Assembly (NCBI GenBank): GCA_963713865.1
Contig: OY970208.1
Location: forward strand, 96,001-160,000
DNA length: 64,000 nt
Reading direction: 5' to 3'
Source of the DNA: an uncultured candidate division Zixibacteria bacterium
GTDB taxonomy: Bacteria; Zixibacteria; MSB-5A5; RBG-16-43-9
Under the pieces are notes generated by a model. It had not been told where the DNA came from. It searched no databases and saw nothing but the letters and a program-made list of their open reading frames with translations. The position numbers and the translations under genes were made by a program. This document shows, piece after piece, positions 30,929 to 40,906 of this stretch. Every line of letters starts with the position of its first letter. Position 1 is the first letter of the stretch.

Positions 30929-31693
30929 TTAAAAATTCTTGGTTAAGCTTAATTTCACCTCTCCGTTTTCAGGCTCAAATGAAATTGAGCTACTCACCCC
31001 CAGGCCATCTTTAACGGAAGGGAAAAATACTATTGCATCCATAAGATTAAATCCGTAGGCTGCCGCTGCTAAAATCAAACTAGTCCTTCTAAGATTCTCC
31101 GCATCATAAGCCTCTCTCTGTTTTTGATCTAAGATCTGTTTCAGTCTGTGTTTTTCTTCAACATTTTTGGCCGCATTATAATCGTTTTTAGCTGAGATGC
31201 AAGCGTCATTCTTATTAGAGAAGTAATCATCTGCTACTACATAAGCTATTGCAGCCCCCAAAGCTGAAAAACTAAAGAGGAAGGCTTTATTTTTCTCACC
31301 GTAGTAAAATTGTCCCCATCCTGGGATTAAAGCTGACCTCAAGGCACCTTTTAATCTGGTCTTGGGAACAAGGGTAATAGAAAGGTATTTAGGGGCATTC
31401 TCATCTAACCAGATATTGGTTGACCAACCCTCATAACCCTCTTTAAAAGCTTTAACCCTATATCTACCCCTTAAATTCACAGGAAGGGTAACCGGGGTGG
31501 TGGCAGTCAGGTTATATTCTCCTTCTAAGAAAACTGTTGCTCCAGCAGGAACTGAGGTAACGACCAAACCAGTCTCAGGTTTTTTCTCTTCCTCCTGAGA
31601 AAAAGCAGGCCGGAAAAGGATAAAAATCAGAATTACAAATCCGATTCTGGAGCCACAGGCTCTTATCATCCTTTTAACTTTTAGGTTAATCAT
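30929..31693 (-). CDS. PEGA domain / DUF5683-like protein
   Basis: VTSVPAGATVFL..TTP..KEGY (PEGA-like); RSALIPGWGQFY; C-terminal Phe. Confidence 0.75.
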   Translation of the reverse strand: MINLKVKRMIRACGSRIGFVILIFILFRPAFSQEEEKKPETGLVVTSVPAGATVFLEGEYNLTATTPVTLPVNLRGRYRVKAFKEGYEGWSTNIWLDENAPKYLSITLVPKTRLKGALRSALIPGWGQFYYGEKNKAFLFSFSALGAAIAYVVADDYFSNKNDACISAKNDYNAAKNVEEKHRLKQILDQKQREAYDAENLRRTSLILAAAAYGFNLMDAIVFFPSVKDGLGVSSSISFEPENGEVKLSLTKNF

Positions 31694-31796
31694 GTTTTCT
31701 CCTTGGTAATCAACCTCTTTAAAACCTTTATTCAAGATTATTTGAAAATACAGTTTTAATAAAAATAATGCAAGTCTTTTTTAACTATACGGAAAT

Positions 31797-31826
31797 AAAA
31801 AAGTCCCGCACTTTTGGCGGGACTAA
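31797..31826 (-). terminator. Intrinsic terminator
   Basis: agtcccgc-actttt-ggcgggact stem followed by a T-run on the minus strand. Confidence 0.65.
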
Positions 31827-31846
31827 AGATATCCAAATTCGTTTAC

Positions 31847-32822
31847 TCAACACGCCCCTTTTCCTGTAACTACCACTAAAACCGTCTTGAGCAATATTCT
31901 TATGTCTTCGACTATGGACCATCCCTGAATATAATTCAGGTCATGATTTACTTTTAATTTAACGTCTTCAAACGAAGAATCGTAACCATTTTTTACCTGA
32001 GCCAGACCGGTTATGCCAGGTTTAACTTTAAGCCGGTGAGGATATCCATCGATCTTTTTCATAAAATCTTTTACGAAATGATACCTTTCCGGTTCTGGGT
32101 CCCACTAAACTCATCTCTCCTTTTAAAACGTTGAACAATTGGGGCAGCTCATCTATTCTGGTTTTCCTCAGTACCTTCCCGATATTGGTAATCCGGGGAT
32201 CCTCCTTTTTAGCCCAAACGGGACCACATCCCTTTTCTGCATCCACCACCATAGTTCTGAATTTATATAGATAGAAAATCTGACCATAAAGATCTTTTCC
32301 CCTGCGTTCAACTTTTCTTTCGTTTTTATTTATTTTTATTCCTAAAATCCTTCTATCTTTTCTTCTCTTATTCAGACCTATTCTCTCCTGACGGTAAAAG
32401 ATCGGTCCAGGTGAATCTAACTTAATCAATATAGCGACTATAAGAAATAAAGGTAAACATAGAAATACGCCCAGTGCAGAACCAAGTATATCTATAATTC
32501 TTTTCAGGAGTTTCTCAGCTTTATTTAGATAATAAGCTCCTAAGCTCATTCCTTTTTTTTCCTCAGGGAGCAAGATAAAAGTCAAAATAGAGAAAAAGAG
32601 ATATAATGTAGATAAAAGATACTCTTTAATCCACATTGAGATTTTATATCTCAATGTTTTAATTTCTCTGTAGATCTTAGAGAAAATCTCAAACTTAGAG
32701 GAAGTTAACCCAAGTTCTGTTTGAGTGATGATATTTTCATCAAATCCACCAGGGATTAAAGTTCCTTCTTTAAATTTAGTATTATATTTTTTTTGAGAAA
32801 TTGTAGATATAGCATTAGACAT
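31847..32822 (-). CDS. Polyprenyl-phosphate sugar-1-P transferase (Bac_transf), split by a 1-bp insertion
   Basis: KRIID, KFRTM, DPRIT and DELPQLFNVLKGEMSLVGPR motifs. Removing one A near 32093 restores PRPER...KPGITGLAQV. Confidence 0.88.
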
Positions 32823-32880
32823 ATTTATTCCCTCGCGCCAGATTTTCTTCTGCACCTAAAAATACTTTGATAATACTTTG

Positions 32881-32896
32881 AGCAAATAAATTGCCA
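32881..32896 (-). promoter_or_regulatory. Sigma54 promoter of the sugar transferase gene
   Basis: Minus strand TGGCAATTTATTTGCT (GG-N10-GC with TTGC). Confidence 0.7.
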
Positions 32897-33179
32897 AATA
32901 TGAAAACTGGTTAGAATAAAAATTTTATAAGTGATAACAGGGTGAGATGAAGTTGTAACTTATGATTTATCAAAAACTTACAATTGTAGATTTTTTCGTT
33001 TTATGTACTGATAAATAAACATAATATAACATATTTTGTTATTGTTAAGCATAATCATATTTTTTCTGCAAATCATTGCATATTTTAGGTAACAACTTAC
33101 ATTACAAAATCTTATCCAATAATGGATCCGTGGAGCTTGAATTCAAAAGGAGATTTGAAGGCTATTGAATTTTGTGTAG

Positions 33180-34031
33180 TTATTCTTTTTCTCTGCTGAT
33201 AATTTTAATAATCCTGCTTAAAATAAAAAGAGAAAACACGGAGATAAGAAAGACTATTAATCCAGAAAGTTTATGTAGAAAATCTTCAGCTAATTTCGGA
33301 CTAACAACATAAGCACCTACAGCTGTTATTAAAATGCGGAAGATATTTGCACCTATGGCAATTGGGAAAATAGATAAAAATAAGATAAATCTTTTTAAGT
33401 TTGACTTAAAGGTAACATAGGCAAAGAAAGTACCCAAAGCCAAAAGAGAAACCAGAGACCTTAATCCGGAGCAAGCCTCAACCACTTCTAAGGAATAATT
33501 GGGAAGATAAATTATATTCCCCTGTCTGATAGAAGGAAGACCGATAGAATGGAGGATAAAATAAGACAATTTGGTGGAAAAAAGCTGCATGGGAAAGGCA
33601 ATTGAATAATAGATCACATAAGGTATAGGAACCATGAAAGTAAGAAAAGCAACCGGAAACAATAGCTCTTTAGCCCATTCCTTGCCGTTGAGATAAAAGA
33701 TGAGCCCGAAAAGGACAATAATCAGAGAAAATCTTGCTGAAAAATATTCACTCCCCGCAGTACCTATGATATAAATACCCAAACCTGAAAGAAGGATTAA
33801 AAACCCCCAGTAGGACCTCTTTTTCTCCAGAGATTTTAATCTATCCTTTTTTTTCCAGATAAGATAAGCGCTGACCAAAGGAACCAAAAAACCATGAGAA
33901 TAATTAGAATCCACCCACCAATCATTAACTAATCCGATTATCACCTGAAAATAGAGCAGAATAAAAAGAAAAACTAAAACATAAGTTGACCAGTCGAATT
34001 TAAAAGAAAATATCTGATCTTTTTTAGTCAT
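33180..34031 (-). CDS. Exosortase (EpsH/Xrt family)
   Basis: W..D.NYSHGFLVP, LEVVEACSGLRSL, N..RI and FLH motifs; Cys/Arg/His triad present. Confidence 0.92.
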   Translation of the reverse strand: MTKKDQIFSFKFDWSTYVLVFLFILLYFQVIIGLVNDWWVDSNYSHGFLVPLVSAYLIWKKKDRLKSLEKKRSYWGFLILLSGLGIYIIGTAGSEYFSARFSLIIVLFGLIFYLNGKEWAKELLFPVAFLTFMVPIPYVIYYSIAFPMQLFSTKLSYFILHSIGLPSIRQGNIIYLPNYSLEVVEACSGLRSLVSLLALGTFFAYVTFKSNLKRFILFLSIFPIAIGANIFRILITAVGAYVVSPKLAEDFLHKLSGLIVFLISVFSLFILSRIIKIISREKE

Positions 34032-34452
34032 TTGCCTTCTCTCGTCTGTCTTCTTTTGAGAAACTATTAAGGCTTATCGGAAAATATACAAAAAAAGAGA
34101 CGAAAGACAAAAGAAAAATCATCTTTTGAGAAAAATGATCTTGAAACTATATATATTTATTGAACAAAAGTTGTAATCCCACCTTATCGGAAATGTGGGA
34201 TGTATACCCACATTAAGGATAACGTCAAACTATGTGGAAACAATTATTTTGGTAGTTGCAGGCTTTAACTTGCGAAATCGGAGGATTGAAATTCAACGAG
34301 TTACGCCCAAATGAGTGGCTACCATTTCAAAACATACTTTTCACACAATCTGATGTGGGTATACCATATAAGTCATTGGTCAGGGGATCAATGATCAACA
34401 TAACTTCTTTAAACAGTAATTCCACCTTGCTCATAAGGTGGGATTTAAAAAA

Positions 34453-34483
34453 AAGATGGGCTTCCTTTCAGGAAACCCATCTT
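34453..34483 (-). terminator. Intrinsic terminator after the PorV-like gene
   Basis: aagatggg-cttcctttcaggaaa-cccatctt followed by a T-run on the minus strand. Confidence 0.65.
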
Positions 34484-34511
34484 CGCTGTTGGGAGAATAG
34501 AGAGAAGTACC

Positions 34512-35492
34512 TTAAAGTGACCTTTTTGAGCCAAACCGGTAAGCTAAGGATATTCGGTGAGAATCACCCAGGCTCTGATTTGGCGAATAGTTATAATCTA
34601 TCTCCCAGTTTGAGAATTTGAAACCACCTCCTAAGGAAAGACCAGTCCCTTCGAGTTTCTGGGCAGAGGTCTTATATTCATACCCTAAACGTAAGTATAT
34701 TGATTCCTGATACCCAAACTCGATCCCCTGTTTTAAGATAGGCTTATCATCTTTAGGCAGATCTAAATCCCAGGCTAAGCTAACCCTATCTTCAAAAATC
34801 TTATAACCGAAACCTAAGGTGAGCTTACTGGGAAGAGGCTCTTTCTCTTGAATAAATTTCATCGAGCTGCCCAGGTTAGTATATGCCATACCAAATGAAA
34901 ATTTACCTGGCTTGTAGATAAATCCAAAATCTAAAGCCATACTCGAAGCCTTCTCGTTCTCTAATTTCTCTTGAATCCCTTTTAAGCCAACCCCTAAAGA
35001 GATCGATGGAGATACCTTATAAGCATAAGCAAAGGACAAAACTACTCCATAAGCTGAAAATTCAGAAGTAGGGTTATCTAAAGCATCATATCCCTCAAAA
35101 TTTCCTAAGTTTAAATAAGTAAGAGAAAAGCCCAGGGTATTTTTCGACTTTATTGGAAGAGAATAACCTAAATACTCATACTTTACATCCTGGTACCACT
35201 CGTTATGAACAAATATAATCTCCTGCCGGTCTAATTGGGAAAGCCCGGCAGTGTTCCAGTAAATAGATGTAGCATCATCTGCTATCCCTACAAAAGCACC
35301 ACCCATCCCTGATGCCCTTGCCCCGGCTCCAATTTTCAAAAAGTTAGCCCCGGTTGATCCTTTTATACCATCATCTAAAAAACCCCAGCTTGTCTGCCCG
35401 ACAAAGAATTGAGCCACAAAGAAAAAAAGTAGAAACAATCTTAAATTGATTCTTCTACTGCGTAAAAGGTTTCTTCTGATAACTTCTGTCAA
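34512..35492 (-). CDS. PorV/PorQ-family outer-membrane beta-barrel
   Basis: FLKIGAGARASGMGGAF..ADDA...YWN.AGL and C-terminal LG.SHRISL.YRF motifs; TTG start at 35492 with a purine-rich SD. Confidence 0.85.
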   Translation of the reverse strand: MTEVIRRNLLRSRRINLRLFLLFFFVAQFFVGQTSWGFLDDGIKGSTGANFLKIGAGARASGMGGAFVGIADDATSIYWNTAGLSQLDRQEIIFVHNEWYQDVKYEYLGYSLPIKSKNTLGFSLTYLNLGNFEGYDALDNPTSEFSAYGVVLSFAYAYKVSPSISLGVGLKGIQEKLENEKASSMALDFGFIYKPGKFSFGMAYTNLGSSMKFIQEKEPLPSKLTLGFGYKIFEDRVSLAWDLDLPKDDKPILKQGIEFGYQESIYLRLGYEYKTSAQKLEGTGLSLGGGFKFSNWEIDYNYSPNQSLGDSHRISLAYRFGSKRSL

Positions 35493-35555
35493 ATTCTCCC
35501 CTTCCCAAAAAGAAAACCGATTAAAGGTACACACCAAAAATCTTACATAATAATA

Positions 35556-35572
35556 TGGCAACTTTTATGCCC
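35556..35572 (-). promoter_or_regulatory. Candidate sigma54 promoter of the PorV-like gene
   Basis: Minus strand AGGGCATAAAAGTTGCCA (GG-N10-GC with TTGC). Confidence 0.55.
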
Positions 35573-35884
35573 TTAAATCGGTCGCTCCTTCTTTATCATC
35601 CTTGATTCTTACAACCCTTTTACGGGTAACGAATTAAATTTTAGTTAAGGAATATATATCCTCCTTTAGTATAACTTTTAAACGATAATTTTTAGGAAAA
35701 CATTGAACAATTTTCAGGTTGTAATAGAAAAATTTTCCTCTATCCTTAAACTCCCAAAAGGATTAAAAGGATTGAACTTGTTTTAAACAGATACATGAGA
35801 AAGAGCTTAAATGTTTGATAAATCAGGTAAATTATCCTGCTCAAGGCAGATGTTATTATCCGCCCTATATTTACTGCTGGATGA

Positions 35885-36012
35885 TAACATCCAGCGTCAG
35901 CCGTCGCCTGGCTCTGGCAAGACTCCTACCAAAAAAAAGAGCGCATGTTGCATAAAGGCGTGCGCATACCCGCACCGCAAGGCGGTCAGCTGCACACCGG
36001 GGTTAGGTGCAC
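35885..36012 (-). other. Integron attC recombination site
   Basis: Minus strand GTGCACCTAAC-CCCGGTGT-G-CAGCTG-A-CCGCC ... GGCGA-CGGCTG-ACGCTGGAT-GTTA: R'' RYYYAAC, paired L boxes with unpaired bases, and R' GTT. Confidence 0.8.
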
Positions 36013-37067
36013 CTGCCACTCACCAATCTGACTTTCATCGCAACATAACTCAACTGATATATCGCAACCATGCAAAATTAAGATGTATCCAGAAATCTAG
36101 GTGAGCTGTATTACCAGTGATGACGCGGCAATGATGCTGCATGTACCGAGATGTAACATGAACGCTTTTTTTCGCACATCAATCATCCGGTCCGAGCACG
36201 AGTACTCGGTCCAGGATACGGCCACGATCTTCCACGCCAGTCCGCCTAAAAGCAGCGTGATTAGTGTCAGGGGGATTATTGATGCTGAGAATACAGCAAG
36301 GAGTAACGTCGCGAAAAATAGCAGCGAGAGTGCGAGAACACCATAGCGGCCAGAGAAGTGCGGGCCAAAATCAATAACTATCGTCTTGCGCCCTGCTTTT
36401 TCATCATCTACTCTACTAACGAGTTCATCTATCCAAACCCACAAGCCGGTCGCGACAACTATCGGTAGCGAAGCCAGATACACCGTACGTGTGAGGTCAC
36501 CGACCTGGACAAGGTATGCTCCAAGAACAGGAATCATGCCAAGGCTTTCAGAGATGACGATCTCGCCGCCAACTCGCCGACAGAAATTGAACGGCGGTGC
36601 GACGTAGAGCACACCCACGAATAGCACAGTAAGCCCGTAAACAATGAAGATGCTCCTGGGAACACCGTTTGTGTAGAATCAGACCGTTGTTTAGGTGCAG
36701 ACCCAGGAAGCACGCCACAACAATGCACATACCTGCGTACCTTAGGAGCCGGGATTTAGGCCACTTGGTTGTGGACCTTTTTTCAAATCATGCCTGCAGG
36801 AACGAGAATCCGGCGTGGAATAAAATAGTTGCGAAAAGAAACTCAATGGTACCAAGCCACCTGAACGAGAAACCCGGTGGGCGGAGCCAGAATGGCAGCG
36901 TCGTGCCCACGAGCGCCGGAAGCAGGGAAGCAGTCCAGTAGCGGAATCCAGCGAAGTGGAGAAATCCAGAGATACCTTCAAAGGGTTCTCCTGCCGGAAG
37001 GTTGTCTTGCGCTATTTGGGTCATGTCCCTAACTCTCCTTTTTACCTAAGAATTCTTGTGCACCTAA
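35888..37067 (-). mobile_element. Solitary integron gene cassette
   Basis: Begins G|TTAGGTGCAC (37068), the exact complement of its own R'' GTGCACCTAAC. Carries a single gene with a short leader, ends in an attC, and is visibly more GC-rich than its flanks. Confidence 0.78.
36097..37024 (-). pseudogene. UbiA/MenA-like prenyltransferase-family membrane protein, interrupted
   Basis: R.WTASLLP.LVG, LY..PPF...R..GE and D..D...G.KT motifs. In-frame TGA at 36788-36790 plus a 1-bp frameshift near 36668. Confidence 0.7.
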
Positions 37068-37089
37068 CATCCAGCATGAGCAAAAAAGA

Positions 37090-37452
37090 TTATTTCCCAA
37101 TCAGTAAAACACCTATCAGAATCAACCCCATCCCAACCCATTTATATAAAGTAAAAGGCTCTTTAAAAACCTGCCAGGAGAAAAGGGCTATGAGAACATA
37201 TCCGGTGCTCATCATCAGGGGATAGGCAAAGGAAAGATAAGTCCGGGATAACACGACCAAATAAAAAGCCACGCTTGCCACATAGGAGGAAATCCCTAGA
37301 AGCACGAAAGGGGTGGTGAAAAAAACCTTTTTAAAATCGGAGATGAGCAAAAGCGGATTTATCACTCCAATTTTATTCATCCCCGCTTTAAGGAAAATAT
37401 GCCCGCACACGTTTAAAAGGATAGCTAAAAATATTATCACCCATTGAAGCAT
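37090..37452 (-). CDS. SMR/EamA-like small transporter (ArnE/ArnF-like)
   Basis: Four TM helices; LS.AYP and F.E....KW.G..LI..GV motifs. Confidence 0.8.
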   Translation of the reverse strand: MLQWVIIFLAILLNVCGHIFLKAGMNKIGVINPLLLISDFKKVFFTTPFVLLGISSYVASVAFYLVVLSRTYLSFAYPLMMSTGYVLIALFSWQVFKEPFTLYKWVGMGLILIGVLLIGK

Positions 37453-37458
37453 CGTATT

Positions 37459-38918
37459 TTACCTCCGGTTAATTTTTTTCTTCACTCCAAAAGTTGATAT
37501 CGCCCAGTTAACTAAACCCCAAGTCTCCCTGCCTAAGGGAAGCCGGTTGATAAAAGTATACCCGACTTTCTCGATCATCTCCCGGGCAGGTCTGCTTTTA
37601 GGCTCAAAAATCTTCCTCAAAAATAAAAGCCCGAAAATCCTTCCCAACCCAGATAAAACGAAAAGTATATGAAAATTAACAAAGTTCTGACCTTTGAAGA
37701 AAAATCCAAATCCACTTAAAGATTGAGCAATTACCCCTCCTAAAGCCGAAGCTGCAAACAAAACCAATCCATTGATTGCAGCAATCGAAGCTAAATAATA
37801 AACCCTTCCTTTTTGTGGAGATAAAGCTAATACCACATTGAAAGAAGCCAGGGTAAATCCGGACCAGAAAATTCCTCCCATAATCGCATCAATCCATAAA
37901 GGAAATATATTCCGGGGAGTTACAAAAAGCCATAAGAAAGGGATAAAGAAAATAAAAAATATATTGAAAATCAAAACCGGTTTGTTGCCATATTTATCAA
38001 TTGCCTTCCCCCATAAAGGCTGCATAAAAAGACTAATGACCCCGGCTACGATGGAGAATAAAGATATCAGGTAGAAATCCAGATGCAGATTTTTCAGCAT
38101 ATGCGGAGTCCAGAAAGGGGCGGATATTCCGGTAACAAAAGACCAGTAGATAAAAAAATAGATTAAGCTTCTGAAATTTTTATCCGCCAGCGGGATTTTC
38201 AGAGTCGAAATTAAGCTTACTTCTTTATGAGGAATCATCTTGGGTTCAGGCTGTCGGTTTAGAAAAAATGCTGCTGTCCAGGCGGATAAAACTGCTAAAA
38301 GGAAAACAAACGAGAGACCAGAACCGGTTGGATTTTCTTTGATGTGCTCGTAAATGAAGTCCGGCATATAAAAAGCTATGCCAGAGCCATCCGCTTTAAA
38401 ATAATCTATGAGCTTAGCTCCGGCAAAATTCGCCCCCATAGTGATGAATCCCAGGACCGTATTTCTAAAACCGAAATATCTTCCCCTTCCCTCTTCCGGA
38501 ACCAGATCCGACATCCATGAAAGCCAGGCAACTGCTACCAAATTAGCAATGGCGGAGGATAAGGATAAAAATAGCAGAAACATTACTATCTTGATATGAT
38601 GGCTTTGAGGTAAAAATGGTAACAAAACAAAGATCAAAAAGATCGACCGGAATAAAAGCGAACCAAGTAGATTGAACTTTTTTCTCCGTTTTAATTTTTC
38701 AACCACCAGAGCACCGGGAAGTTGAAAAGCCTGAGCTAAAAAGGGAAAAGCTGCTACCAGCCCTAACTGAAAATCGTTTGCTCCCAGGAAAAGCGCATAC
38801 CCGACTAAAAAAGGGCCTGTGGTCAGAGCAATGAATATAGCCGCAAAAGAGCCCTCGTAAATCGAATCCTTAGCCCCTTCTCTGTTTGCTTCTTATCTAA
38901 CTCAGCCTGAGCACTCAT
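37459..38918 (-). CDS. MFS transporter (1-bp deletion near 38865)
   Basis: ATG at 38918 gives MSAQAELDKKQTEKGLRI, then the frame shifts to IYEGSFAA...GYALFLGA. W.SWMSDLVP..RGRYFG.R and WGKAIDKYG motifs. Confidence 0.85.
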
Positions 38919-39001
38919 ATCTCTTTCTTCTGCTTTGAATCTATACGAGTTTCAGTGGAGAAAATATCACTTAGAGGATGTTAAGTAAAGCAGATTTTAT
39001 C

Positions 39002-39230
39002 TGCAGTTGCTCGATTCATCGAGCTACAAAATAGACAGACAGGAATGTCTGTCCTACCTATTATCCATCATTTACCACCTCTTTAACCTGTAGTTGTTTG
39101 ATTTACCGAGCAAATATTGCCCAGTAAATTGGGTAACTATTTTTTTGATATTCGGTATAAGACAAGCTCTTCCTCTACGTTTACACAAAAATCTAAACTA
39201 AAAATACAGGCAAGATGCCTGTTCTACCAT
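39002..39230. repeat. REP-like palindrome cluster upstream of otsA
   Basis: gttgctcgattcatcgagctac; gacagacaggaatgtctgtcctac; acaggcaagatgcctgttctac. Confidence 0.7.
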
Positions 39231-39264
39231 TCCTTCAATAAACTCTGTTTTTTTTCGATTAAGG

Positions 39265-39293
39265 TTGACAAGATTGCAAATTCTTTTTAATTT
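39265..39293 (+). promoter_or_regulatory. Candidate sigma70 promoter of the trehalose cluster
   Basis: TTGACA-N17-TAATTT, about 55 nt upstream of otsA. Confidence 0.5.
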
Positions 39294-39346
39294 TGAAAAG
39301 ACTTAATCGGTTTACTGAGATCGAAGATAAAGAACAGAGTTAAAAT

Positions 39347-40897
39347 ATGAAATTCGACAAATTCATTGGCAAAATAAAACAAGCCGGTAACTCGGCGATT
39401 AAGAAAGCTTTAATAAAAAGCGGGAGAAATATGCCTTCTCATCAGAGTCTGATCGATTTAATTCGTAAAAAACTATCCATTTCAAAATTTATGATAGTTT
39501 CCAATCGGGAACCCTACGTGCATTTCTACGAAGGGGATACTATACGTCACATCCGTTATGCCAGTGGCTTGACCATAGCCTTAGACTCAATTGCCCGAAC
39601 AAGTCAGGGTATCTGGGTGGCACACGGGAGCGGGGATGCGGATCTGGATACTGCAGATGCTCAGGGAAGGATTATGGTTCCCACTGAAGACCCCCAATAT
39701 ACTTTAAAAAGGGTTTGGCTTTCCAAGCAGGAGGAGAATGGATATTACTATGGCTTCTCCAATCAGGTCTTATGGCCCCTCTGTCATGTGGCTTATGTTC
39801 GTCCAAGATTTGAACTTGAATACTGGAACTATTACCAGAAGGTGAATCAGCTTTTTGCCCGGGCAGTGATCGAGGAGTCAAGAGGAGAAAAAGGTCTAAT
39901 CTTTCTACAGGATTATCATTTAGCCCTGTGCTCTAAATATATAAAAGAGCTTGACCCCAACCTGACTACAATCCTTTTCTGGCACATTCCCTGGCCTAAT
40001 CCCGAGATCTTCAGGATCTGCCCCTGGAAAAAGGAGATCTTAGAGGGGCTTCTTTCTAATGATATATTAGGATTTCATCTGCTCTATCATGCGGATAATT
40101 TTTTGAAAACAGTAGCCTCAGAGTTAGAAGCTAAAATAGACAATGAGAAATGGGCAGTCATCCGAGGAGAAAAAAGCTGTTTGGTTAAATCCTATCCCAT
40201 CAGTGTAGATTTTGAAAATATCTCCTCGGAGGCAGAAAAATGGGAGATCGAAAAACAGATCCAGGAATTAAAAAAATATTACCGGCTCAAAGATTCCTTT
40301 ATAGGAATCGGAGTGGATCGCATCGACTACACCAAAGGCATCCCTGAAAGGCTTAAAGCCTTAGACAAGTTCCTGGAAAAATATCCGCAATATCAGAAAA
40401 AACTGACCTTCATCCAGATCGCGGTCCCCAGTCGAGTCCATCTGGATGAATATCAGGACACAATCGACCAGATCGAGAAATTGGTGGAAGATATAAATTG
40501 GAAATACTCCCAAGGGCATTGGTCTCCTATAATCTACATAAAAAAACATCACGACTTCCAGGAGATCATCCCCTTTTACAAGATGGCGGATTTCTGCATC
40601 GTTAGCTCCCTCCACGATGGAATGAACCTGGTGGCTAAAGAATATATCTCCTCCAAGACCGATTTAGACGGGGCCTTAATCTTAAGCTGCTTCACCGGCT
40701 CAGCCCGTGAGCTGGAACAAGCCTTGTTGATTAACCCCTATGACATAGAGAAATTCGCTGATACCATCCAGGAGGCTCTGGAGATGGGAAAAGAGGAGAA
40801 GTTATCCCGAATGAAAAGGATGAGGGAAACAGTATCTGAGAATACCATCTATCATTGGGCTGAGAAGATTATCAGCGACTTAGTTAAACTGGGGTAA
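39347..40897 (+). CDS. otsA: Trehalose-6-phosphate synthase
   Basis: VSNREP, YY.GFSN..LWPL.H, QDYHL, HIPWP, VDRIDYTKG and DGMNLVAKEY motifs. Confidence 0.93.
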   Translation: MKFDKFIGKIKQAGNSAIKKALIKSGRNMPSHQSLIDLIRKKLSISKFMIVSNREPYVHFYEGDTIRHIRYASGLTIALDSIARTSQGIWVAHGSGDADLDTADAQGRIMVPTEDPQYTLKRVWLSKQEENGYYYGFSNQVLWPLCHVAYVRPRFELEYWNYYQKVNQLFARAVIEESRGEKGLIFLQDYHLALCSKYIKELDPNLTTILFWHIPWPNPEIFRICPWKKEILEGLLSNDILGFHLLYHADNFLKTVASELEAKIDNEKWAVIRGEKSCLVKSYPISVDFENISSEAEKWEIEKQIQELKKYYRLKDSFIGIGVDRIDYTKGIPERLKALDKFLEKYPQYQKKLTFIQIAVPSRVHLDEYQDTIDQIEKLVEDINWKYSQGHWSPIIYIKKHHDFQEIIPFYKMADFCIVSSLHDGMNLVAKEYISSKTDLDGALILSCFTGSARELEQALLINPYDIEKFADTIQEALEMGKEEKLSRMKRMRETVSENTIYHWAEKIISDLVKLG

Positions 40898-40906
40898 AAT
40901 TTATTT

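Noticed and set aside
36788-36790. Selenocysteine or alternative-code read-through of the in-frame TGA
   Set aside because: The context is not a redox Cys position, no evident SECIS follows, and TGA is used as a stop in other genes here (e.g. aspS, rnhB).
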